From Catajapyx aquilonaris (Eukaryota), in the NCBI GenBank assembly GCA_000934665.2, contig JYFJ02001668.1, positions 53,265 through 73,264 of the forward strand: 20,000 nt of DNA. The letters are read 5' to 3'. Shown in pieces: positions 1-11,197 of the stretch. The notes below the pieces were generated by a model. The model did not search any database. It was given only the letters and a program-made list of their open reading frames with translations, and was not told the origin of the DNA. Each line of letters opens with the position of its first letter. Positions within the stretch are counted from its first letter, which is position 1. Position numbers and translations under genes: made by a program.

Positions 1-944
1 ATGCGTATACAGTGTTCCGCGGTGCACTGTTATGTGGAAAAACAGATAGGTATACTACAGTACATTACAGCCCAGTTGCGTAACCTGAACAGTCGGCCGA
101 AACACCTTCTGTACACATTATAAAATCAACATGCGATAATTAACTTAAGCATCGATAACCCCAGTTTATGGCGATGGGATTATCCGCAGCATTTAAGTCT
201 TAATGAACTCTGAAATAACCTGCTACTAAAGTAATGAAACACTCCCTCTAAAAACACTCTCACGTGTAAAATGAAGTTTGAAAACAATGCCAGGCAGTAG
301 ATAGCTTTTCAACAACTCACTTCACATTAGTCCCAGTCTCAGCCATGACGAGAGAGGTAGTGGGGTTAAAAATCATGTTTTTTTTACCCCCCATCCCCCA
401 TCACATCCTCCAAATACTACTAGGGTTGCTAACCACCAAGCTTCAGGGCCAGGACAAACTACGCCAACTATAACAATCCTCATGTCTGGCATGAGAGAAG
501 CTGTCTCTTTTCATCTGCCTGTTGTTTGGACCACAACCTTGTTAATCCGTGTTAGAATTGCAAAGCTCCCTAGATCGATGAGCCGACCATTTTATCCCAG
601 CATAAAACCAGCTGGACGGAAACATGAACTCTCCAACTCTCTTTTTCCTCCCTCCCTTCCCTCTCCTCCACCCCCTACTTTTTTTTTGAGGGATGCCAGG
701 GATCCTTTTCCTGGGGTTTGCACGCTAATTTCCTAAGCTGTCATTTGACGATCCCCATGCATTTTGCATGCGGGCGTGTCAGATGGAGAAGAGTCTGGGC
801 GCGAGAAAGAGAAGAGGGGGCGCCAACCCCTCCTCTCCCCAACTGCCAACACCCGCTCTCGAAATATGCAGATCCTCATCTAGATTTTCAGCCCCAGGAC
901 CGTCATTTTTGAACTTAATTAGGACGCCGAGGAGGAGACGAAGT

Positions 945-946
<2 letters not shown>

Positions 947-1012
<66 letters not shown>
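947..1012. repeat. (AG)33 microsatellite
   Basis: Perfect AG dinucleotide run of 66 nt. It explains the ERERER and LSLSLS ORFs. Confidence 0.99.
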
Positions 1013-1015
<3 letters not shown>

Positions 1016-1140
1016 CAACCTGAGACGAACAAGCGCTCAGGATGATAATGATGCCCCTTCGTAATTCAAACTCTGCCACAGTCACTCATAGGAAGGAGGT
1101 TACAGAATGGGAGGCACTGCGATAGGAGGACATGTTGTAG

Positions 1141-1181
1141 GGGAGCAAAAGGGGGAGAAAAAGGGGAGAAAAGGGGGGAGC
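1141..1181. repeat. Purine-rich low-complexity repeat (about 10-11 nt unit, G4-6AGA4-5)
   Basis: gggagcaaaagggggagaaaaaggggagaaaaggggggagc. Confidence 0.6.
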
Positions 1182-3560
1182 AGGAAACCATCTGATTTAC
1201 AAGTCAGGTTTTCCTGGAAGTTGCACCAACCCACACTGCCTGCACTTGCCAATTCTAATCAAATTTCCGTCCTCCAAACTACTCCAGTCCGGAGAGGACA
1301 AGGTCTTCAAGTGGTATTGCCAGGGCCCTTATTAAATAAGTTTTGTGTGCGGATGTTTTAAGCACATGTCTGCTTAATTAAGTTGCGGAAAAAAGACTGG
1401 TAGATAATTTTGCTTTCAAGTTGCGGCAGAATTGGAGAGTAATATTAGTGGCAATGCTATCAGAGCTACGTTTCCTGACTTGGCTTGAGTGGGATTGGGA
1501 AAAAGGAGGACATGCATTTGATGGCTCGGATTTGATCGCAGACATAAAATCGGATTTTGCCGGCTGTTAACTGGGGTAACATGAGAATCCTCGTCCGACG
1601 AGTAGAGAAATTGAAAAAACGACTACCGTTCGGATTTTGTTTATTTTGAATGATTGGATGCCTCACTCTCATTGCATAATCTCTACTGAAATGCATTTTA
1701 AAAAGTCATTATTTAGACATAACACACAATTTCAAGTAATAAAACGGGCTTGGTGGCACTGACTTCAGTTGGCGTTTCATCGAATGTGGCCCATTTCAGC
1801 AGATAATTTTGCATGTGACATCAGGACTACTGTATATTATTTTGACAGTTGCACCCGTCGCTTGCTTGCATGATACAGGACAAATGAGGGCTAATCGTGA
1901 AAACAACTCCCTAATTGGGGTACCTTGTCACGGTAATCTAAACAGCCCGAATGTGCCTTTGGCTGGATTGCGGAAGTGTTTCTTGACGTCTGTGGCGCCG
2001 TGCCAGCAGGACGCACTGAATTGCCATGAGTTTTATGGCCGAATGGAGTCAGCTTTGTCAGAAACGCCAAGAAATGGCCACTATCAACCATATGCATCGC
2101 TAATTACAACATGGCAATGGCTGTGCTATTGTTGGATTTACAAAGCCACATACAAATTGGGTAAAAAAGTTTGAACAAAATTATCGTCGTGGGATTTTTA
2201 AAAGTCAATCAATGGCAACAAGTCAATAATAGTTTGTACTAGCTCTTGCATACAGGTCTAGCCAGATTCGTGAAGCGTTACACCCCTTTTAAATACTATC
2301 TGTATAAACTGCGTGGTCCACACTGAACCACTAATCCGTTTTGGGTATATGGTAAATACATTTTAGATGCATACGAATCTCGTTACGGTCAAAGCCACAC
2401 TGCATGTTACATGCGGTATTAATGCATGGCGTTCTACATTACTAATTTAAAAATAGCCTCATTTCAGGCCTACACGGGCGATGGGCAGCGGAGCAGATTT
2501 TGCTCTACAAAAATTTTGTTCCACGTGCCATGTGTTTCAAAGTGAGCTCATGAACATACGATCGGGCAAATGCTGCAGTGTTATATTGCGGACGCTAGTT
2601 CTTTCGCAATATATCCCGTGAGCGATGCCACTACCTGCGACACATTTTTTATCGTCACCATCATTACATTACTCACTCGTGGCAAGGGAGGAATATGCCG
2701 CAGATAGTGGCACTCACACGTAATATTCCGAGAGAACTTCATCAATACGAATCTAAACAAACTTTGAGACAAACGAAAATTTTTCAACAATACGGACACT
2801 ACGGGCCTAAAGTACCATTATCATCAAATTGTCACAGTATACCGTAATACAGCGATTTTTTATGAAGATATATGTACAGTACTTTTGAGTAATAAGCTAC
2901 ACGACTGTAGTAATTAGGGGAATATTACAAGTGCCTGCTATTACTTTTTTTTCTAATGCCTCATACTCCTAGAACATGACCAGTAAGCATCTCCTGATCC
3001 TGAGAAAAATTCTGCACCTGCGTGCCAAAATACTGCACGTATTATGACGGGAATCCGCGAAGGCGGGTCATTTCAGAGTATACGACTTTTTTGTGACTGG
3101 TCTGAGGGACGTGTGATCTTTGTTGGAGCCACACTTGAGCGGCCGGAAAAAAGGGCGCGTCGAAATTAGCAAACGCCAGAGTTTTTGGAAGATCCGTTCC
3201 GACAGACATCTAGGCAGACATTTTACGGTATCGCAGGCGTAGAGCCTGACTCCGCCAATCCCAATCTCGCAGGAGGGAAACCGTTTACATTCCACTCCGA
3301 TAAAGTTTACGCCTTGATTTTGCTCCATTCGCAGGCCAAGCCTCGCGAAAGTAACAATTTGCATGCGGGGGGAAAAGCAAAGCAAATGATCGCCAAGTTT
3401 GACGAGAGTGTTTAAACGTAATTTAGTTCTGCTCGTCGTAAGCAGAAACCCCGGGAAATTTCTTCCGGGATCAAACAGAATATCATGTGGCTCCCGGAAA
3501 AGGCGGTCAGTCAACTCCAAACCACCTGACCTCCCTGCCAAAGTTAGCCTCAGCCAGAGT

Positions 3561-5330
3561 CGGGCATTAAATAACCGTCGTTACTCGATCCCTACCCTGG
3601 ATCGATCGCTAGTTGCGCGACTTTGGCAGAAACTAATTAGGTTCCTTCTCTTTCTACGTGTTTTTTTTCTAAGGGAAGTATCTCAACATTGGGCGGCAAA
3701 CAGTTACTCGGAATGGGGCGCCTCCGATTTGTCGATCTGCGAGCAGCATTCTTTTCCCAGCTCAAACAACTCTCCGCACATGCGAGAGAATTTCCGCTGC
3801 AAGCCTTCGGGACTCCTCATCATGAATCTTTGAACATCGCATCGTCTTAATCTAGGTTCCCTAAATGGAGCACCCGTCCTTTGGGTTTCTCAAGGCAAAC
3901 TCGGTTGCAGGGCTCGAGTAAACCATGCTCCCGATCCCACTCATGCCAATGTACACTTCGCTTCTCTCATTTTGCATATACTGTGCCGTACGTGCCACCT
4001 ACAGTGTATAGACTTTCGCTTGCGTTAAGCAATCTCAAGTGGCTTGTTATTCGTCAAGCTTCTTGGTGCTCCGCCAATGACGTTATTGAGCCGGAATAAA
4101 CATGTCTTAGGCATCCCAAAAGTTCAACTGTATTCACAGAATTAATAAAGTCAACAGCTCTTGCAATTACTTGAAGGAAGACAAACATATCTCGAGTCAA
4201 CGACTTGAGGAAGAGCTCGAGATGTCTCAAGTGCACTCTATAGCATGCCTATATATAGAGCTTCAACCTAGTGCATTGAGCACTTAGTAGTGGTTGATGA
4301 AAGGCACCTATACGTTTTTTTTACTTGGCCAGAGAGGCAATAAAAATATTTCAAAGCTAGAGGGGAAAAAAAGAAATATCGAATTCTAGTGACAAGAGCC
4401 AACAGAGTAGCGTCATTCAGACAGTCGGGAAAAACTGTTCTTGAACCGATTGTGTCCTTTAAAGTTGAACCAACACTAAATAACAATGGAAAATCATGAT
4501 CGGTTCAGGAACGAGTCCAGTTCACTCGGGACAGTCTGAATGACCCTTGTAACTCAATGTGGTGAGAAGTTCGGGGCAAAGTTTGGTGAATAACTGAATT
4601 ACTGTCCCGTCGGCAATCGGAACGACCAGTCCTCTGTGTCCACGGCAACATGGGAAATTTCTGTAAACTTGTGAGGCATTCACTCTCTTATCGAATCTCC
4701 CGGCTATCATATACCTGTCCATTGATGTTACTCACCTCATCCTTTAATATCCGACTTTCAGCTAAGGAAGTGAAGGGCGTTAACCGACTAGAGGCTAAAA
4801 TTGTTTGGTTATTGCATCCCTGCAAGCTTTTATTTTTGGGAAAGAAACAGGCCGGTCTTAGAAGTTACTGTGCTCGTGACGTCAAAATCTGCTCGTTCAA
4901 TTCCGACTCCAGCCACAAAAGCGCTGCTCTCCATCATTTGGGATGAAAAGCAAAATGGACCACGGATGGCCCGAGTCAGTGATAACGGCCACCTCACCAT
5001 CACCCCACCTCACCTTTTGTCAGGCATGTTACCCTATTTTCAAGATTTATCTCCAGAGACCATAAAACAAGACGACATCGTAAAAACAAACTTTGGGTCG
5101 CACTCGCCCTAACTCCCTTCCACCCCTACCACGCCCATTTACCCCTGAACCTAACCCACCCCCGCCCTCCTCTTAAGAGTTCAATTGACGCCCGTTTCTT
5201 TACAGCTTTTCAAACGATCGTCAGGAATGACATGGAACGCACGTAATCCCCCCTTCGGTCGATGTACTTGACAGACTTAAAACCACGACCCCCATAATCC
5301 ATGCTAGACTTCACAGGCTCCCCCGTTCGG
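3561..5330 (+). mobile_element. Possible heavily decayed LTR-retrotransposon (Ty3/Gypsy-like) pol remnant
   Basis: The + strand gives RALNNRRYSIPTLD (3561-3602), FVDLRAAFFSQ...AFGTP (3728-3817, different frame) and VSDNG (4975-4989). These resemble RT and integrase motifs in Gypsy order. Against this: the spacings are non-canonical, no YxDD was found, no LTRs were found, and there are many stops. Confidence 0.25.
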
Positions 5331-8300
5331 AGCAGCACTCTACTAACTGTGGTCTAGAATGAATAGAATCTGGCAGCACTGACCCGAGACCCTGTAACGA
5401 CTCAGGATTGATTCTTCAGGGTAGCAGCGCTTCAGGCAAAAGAGCATACTTTCCCTTTGATCTTCGAAGACGTTACGGGATTCCGAGATGAGAAGGGAGG
5501 CGAGGCTGGAGGATCAGAAACGCAGCTTAATATCACTCACTTGGACTTCCGCGCGTTAGGTCTGCCAGAGATACTTGCGACTCATTCTTGGAGGATTTGA
5601 CCCAGAGACTGATGTGCACACAAAGAACTGGGGGAGAAAATGTGAGAATTGGAGACGTTTGATCGCCGAATCAACTAACAAGGGGGAAGTATAACTTGTG
5701 CGTTAACATGCCGTGAACGGTTCGGATGGAATTCAACTGGATAAATTTATGGGGGTCAATCGTGGATACTGGAGGATCTTTCAGTTGGTATTGGTGGCAC
5801 TGAAGTAATTGCCTTTTAGTCTCTTATAGCATGTTCTTCAGCTAAATGGCCATATTGAGTATGATAACGAAAGTTGTTAGAGTATTTTCCCACCAATCAT
5901 TTATTAATTTCCTGCATTATCCGACTGTATGCTACTGTGTAATGTCGTTACATAAGAGTTGATCTCTTACCTAACTAGGTCATGGATATTTCAAATTCTG
6001 AAACGTATTAAGCACTAAATTCCCATGGGTTATGAAAGTTTCACAAAATTCGTTAATACCGGTACGTCATTGTCAATTTTTTTATCGCATTTGTGACGAG
6101 CAAGGCTGTGGGTGTGACCGGCTCTGTTTGCAAGATATTACATGGTATCTGAAATATGGTAAATATGAGTTTGTACGTACAATACATGCCTGCATTTCGT
6201 TAATTATTTTTCTGGTTATTGGAGCGTTGTGAGCTGTCAGAGGTAATTGATATGTACTCAAAATGTTATTTAAACGTTGAAACGTTGAACATGTACGCAG
6301 TGATCCCAGTATATTTGTACATTTTGAGATTACAAGTAGTGCTGTGTGTTTTCTCCCCTTTTAGAATAACATGCAATTATGAATTAAGCCATAAAATTGA
6401 TGTAGCATTGGGAACAGCAACATTCAGCTAATTTAAACAATGTAATAACAATTTCTGGCTAGTGGTTGCAGCATTCATACACTGCCTTATAATTATGCAG
6501 AATACACAATGAGTCTTAATTATATTTATTCGGTATATTTAAAAAAAATCCACTGTACGCAGCTTTTAATTTTCATATTATTTTTCAGCCTGTTCCTCTT
6601 TGAAAGCGAGGCATTTTGTTTGTGTGTAGTACAGTATCAGCAAAATGTAACAACAGTAGATTATTGTGTCCAAAACGCACAAATTCAACGCACCTTTATG
6701 CTTGGTTTATCAAAGCAGCTCGGAGCATACAATTTTCACATTACGATGGTAAATATAGGGGCTGATATTCATAATTATCATCAAAACATCCACTGCCATA
6801 GAATATTTGCAAATGTTGGGAGCAAATGTACAGACTGTGAGCATTCAGCTTCATTCCCGTCCTACGCACTAATATTATTATTGTGACTTCACCCTAATAC
6901 CTTCTCAAAATTTGTAAGTGGCACAGTTTATAGATCTTCTCCTGCGGAAGCGAGAGAGCTCCCCAGTTTGAACGCTTATAAAACCGGACCTAGCAGGTTT
7001 ACATTTCCTTCTTAAAATTCGCTTTGAGCTCGTTTACCCAGCAGATTCCAACCGAATGATGTCAACCAAAAAAACACCGGAGAGCTATCCTTTGAAACCC
7101 GAATTCCCCCGTTTCTGAGTGACTAAAACTCTCACTGAACACTGTAATTGAATCCCTCCTTTGTACTGACATGCATGTTAATATGTGACTCTATACCCAG
7201 TACTTTTCCTTGACAAAAATGTCTGATATCGTGTAGCCGACCAACTCTTTTTTTCAAACTACCCGAGGATATGACACGGTAAAAGAGATACCGTCCACTC
7301 CCTACATTTTTGTGCGTCTTTGAAGTGTTGCTAGGTATGAGGCACGTAATCTGACGGTTTAGAGTCAGGTCTATTCCACAGTAAACGCGTTACTAAACCG
7401 GTCAGTTAATTCCCATCCCTTCAAACTAAAATGTTATACGTTAAGTTTCTGATGGGCTACGAACTAATTATTTTTAATAATGACACTATACGTCCAAGTT
7501 TAAAATTGATGAGACTGATGTGCCTCGCAGTGGTGGCGAAGTTTCTCAGTTGATTGAAAATTAACGTTTTCACGTGGCGTCTTCTGGCAATATACTTCAG
7601 CCAAGAACAAAGAGAATGTTTTTGCCAACAAGACTTTATATGACTGCAGGCGAGACCTTTACTTGAGAGGAATGAGGGAGGTCGAGGGAAATTAAACACG
7701 CATTCAACCAATGCCAGACTTCTCCGTCACTGTTCCAGAGGTGGGCACACAAGAGACAGACTAAGCAAAAATGTTGGGCGCGAATTCAAAAGAGTATTAT
7801 GTTTAGACCTGTTCCGAGATAAGAGAAGACACAATGTCCAACGTGCTCGATGAAAAGTATGCATACTCTGAAGAAAAATTTGGAGGCATGACATTTGACA
7901 TGGTCCAGAAACCAAACCTCTTCGGTTCCTTGTTATTTTTTGTCAAGTTCTGTAGTAGTAGGGCGCTATATGTTCAAACTGGTATTTTAGATTCAGGAAA
8001 ACCTTCAAAAAACATATTCAAATGCATGTCTGGAGGCTAGATTGTAAAGAGGAGCATCCGGCCAAAGAAGCTTTTAGGGCATAATGATGATAAGTCCCAT
8101 CGATTTTATTCAGGCCAATAACTACACGTCATGGCCTATGATAGTTAATATTTATTGATTTTGTCATATTATGGTCTGCATGCATTAAAGTAACAAGGAC
8201 ATTCAATGTGATCTCAATCTTACTCGAAAGTAGAAAATAAAATGTTCTCCAAAATTGTGCTTCGAGTGTACGAAAATTTAATAAATTTTGTACGCCCTTA

Positions 8301-8759
8301 GTTATTTAATATTTAAATAAATACGGTAAGCATTTTTCACATACGTGTGAGAATGCCACATTTCCCCACTTAAAACTTCCTTTCACAAAAGCGACTTTTA
8401 TACATAAACCCGTGGATTTTTTTATATATTTTCCGTTCACATAAATGCTCATATTAGCTAACTTATCAACTTAATTATTTTGTGAAAAAATTGAGGGGAA
8501 GAGCTTTTTCAGTAGAAAATGACATCTCACGTGACATCAAATATTTTCACAAATCTTGGTATAGTAGGCCTACTTACCCTATGTACGGCGGAACCAGTAC
8601 AAACCACGATTACAGTCAATATTTTTGTCAATCTATTGTGTACCTCAAGGAGTATTCCAGACGACTTGATTCGGAGCATGTGCGCTTGTTTATACATGGT
8701 CCTGACCTTTACACAACATTATGCATGGAGTGCAGCACACTAGAACTAACAACGTAACG

Positions 8760-8834
8760 TCGGGGGCATTACAGTATGGTTCTATAATACTGTAATGCCC
8801 TCCGAATTTCATTGTCCTATAGGACAATGGAATT
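8760..8834. repeat. Two adjacent inverted repeats (hairpin plus palindrome)
   Basis: gggcattacagtat (8764-8777) and atactgtaatgccc (8787-8800) form a perfect 14-bp stem. This is followed by the perfect 20-bp palindrome cattgtcctataggacaatg (8810-8829). Confidence 0.9.
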
Positions 8835-9567
8835 ATTTCCCCACCACTTCCTGGGGTATATCAGTGGGCCAGAGGTCATCACATTGGCTTTTATAAGGCT
8901 AATATTGGTATAGAAGAGGAGAGGGGTGGGTGAGGCTGAGATATTGAATTCGCCAAACATTTGCAAATGCAAGGCCAGCTGCGCCCCTGCATTTGCCAAA
9001 GATATTGGCCGAACACTATAAACGAAGGATTGGACGTGGCAATTTTTTCATCTAGCGATTACTCGCATCCAACTGGCGGATTGTCCCACTATATAGACGA
9101 TAGGCATGGGCATTGCGATACCTCAGGATGAGGGATATTCACGTATTCAACTGAGAAAATTGAGAAACGTAAACAGTCATACAGTATTCCTCTACAGTCT
9201 ACACCACAGAGTTTTAAGCTAAATACGATTTTCGAGTTTACAAAAGCATCCCATGATGGTAAATTGACTACTTGAGAGTATTTGTCAAAGGCAAATGCTG
9301 GATTCAAGGAATCTTCTGCATTTTATGAGCATTTTGTGATATCTAACACGTTGTGTATTTCGTACAGGTGGGTTTCAAAGACATGCTAACATTGGCATAT
9401 TGGCACACCGCTTTATCTGTCAAGTCATTAATGCCTGCTACTAGAGGGTGGAAAGTTTATCACCATTACTGCATTTATGGAAAAAACATATAATGGATAG
9501 CTATTCTGATAACAGAGGTTTGCTGTGGCGGACTTCTTAGGTGGAGGTATACTGAGACACTGTAGTA

Positions 9568-10174
9568 GGGTGAACTGCATAGTGATGGCCAGTTTAGCGT
9601 ATTGGTTAGAGTAATACAGGAATACCATCAGAATTTCTTTCTGCATAAATTTTCTAAAATGTTTATCTAATACCAGAGGATTAGTTCACATTCCATCAAA
9701 TTAATTTAAATCTGTCAGCATGTGTGCGTGTATTTAAATGCACAAAATATACTCCCTAAAAGACAGTAATGGCCTACAAATGATAATGGCCAGGTGCCAA
9801 GATAGTGATTGTCATGGCAGCAAAACAATAGGATTTCTACAGTAGCAACCTAAGGACAGTATATAGGGACCATTGGTATTAAGGCCGTAGGTGTAACTGA
9901 CGTGAGATAAATCCACACAAAAGCATGCAGGTTGTAGAAACTGGCGTCACTGTATGGTTTATCCTACATGAGCAGCAGGTCTGTTTGTGAGGTGCCATTA
10001 CTGCTCTTGTAATGACCTCAGTGGACTGATTTTCGACCTAGTTCAAGCCAAGGGTTCCAGGTGTCACAACATGGTCACTTTTTCATGGTATGGCATTTAC
10101 ACGGCTTATTTCGTAAAGAACCCAGAGGCAGTGGGCCATCACTGTAGGGCGGGCCATCACTGTACGGTTTACCC
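9568..10174. mobile_element. Old non-autonomous DNA transposon (MITE) with TA flanks and subterminal repeats
   Basis: The left end TA|gggtgaactgcatagtgatggcc matches the reverse complement of the right end TA|gggtaaaccgtacagtgatggcc at 19/23, all differences being transitions. Extra copies of the acagtgatggcc motif occur near 9763-9792, 9943-9964 and 10133-10146. Confidence 0.7.
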
Positions 10175-11132
10175 TAATTTTATTTTTGCGCAGTAAGGTG
10201 CACAGTTCTTATATTAATGCTACGCGTTACAGGGGTAATTAACACACCTGCCTACTGTGAAAAGTCAACCATAGTGGGATTATGCATAATATTTTTATAC
10301 ACCGCTTCAAAACGCAAAAACGTTCTAATACAAATGTTCCTGTGCAGACTGTTCTGGTCCTGCAGCTGAATCAGTTTTCTGTGACTTCCGTATTCTTCGT
10401 GAGCGTCGGGCTGCGACGCCTGCTTTCCACGCTGTCTATAAATCATGGCTGAAAATTAACTACTTGCCACATGTGTTCAAATGCTGTGGTTTTGCAAGAA
10501 TTCCTCTGGAGCTTGCAGTCAGTATTTGGAACTCTTTTTCCTCAGTCAGTGGAACGCGAACGCATTACCGGTAGTGTAGTAGTTTGAGCTTTAGATGTAG
10601 TCCACTCGATTATGGCCACGCTTAATCCCGAGTACACAGATTTTAGTGTTTTTTTGGCAAAGCATGTGCCAAATATATGATAGATTTGAGATAGCTGTCG
10701 CATATTATGCGTAATGTGGTTGATGTACTTGTACAGTATACAATGTAACTTGTGTGCGCAATTATTTGAATTTCTTACACGGTGAAATAAATAGGCCTGA
10801 TCACTGTGTTCCTTGTGTGATATTAATTTGTGAAAACAAGAACAAAGCAAGACAAATTGGCATGTATTTTTTGGCGGGTGGTGGGCCTTGACGTGTATTG
10901 AAAAAACACTCATTATTCATCCGTCCCACTGCGTTGGTGACATAATTTACATTACCTCGATGACACTGCATACTTCATGCATCGGATATCGGTTGTTAAT
11001 CGTCACGTCTAATCCGCACTTTTGAAGAATTTGATAACCTATTGTTAGGCGACCATCGACAACAGCTTGCAGGAAGGCTCTAGACCATGGTTATTATTAT
11101 AACCATTTGAGGGTGAAAGCACTATCCCAGGA

Positions 11133-11137
11133 TTATT

Positions 11138-11195
<58 letters not shown>
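11133..11195. repeat. (TTAT)3 + (TTA)17 microsatellite
   Basis: Perfect TTA run at 11145-11195, preceded by TTAT units. Confidence 0.98.

Positions 11196-11197
<2 letters not shown>

Noticed and set aside
768..1064. ORFs with ER and LS repeats (768-1064 +, 779-1018 -)
   Set aside because: They are translations of the (AG)33 microsatellite, with no other protein-like signal.
3068..3541. Longest ORF in the track (157 aa, - strand)
   Set aside because: It has a non-ATG start and no recognisable domain. The only motif hints in this block are on the opposite strand.
4650..4946. FNIRLSAKEVKGVN resembling the end of a DIRS/Gypsy RNase H
   Set aside because: The diagnostic ADxLSR and upstream DAS motifs are absent, so it is too weak alone.
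6509..6886. 125-aa ATG ORF with a hydrophobic N-terminus
   Set aside because: AT-rich, intron-like composition, with no family motif or splice support.
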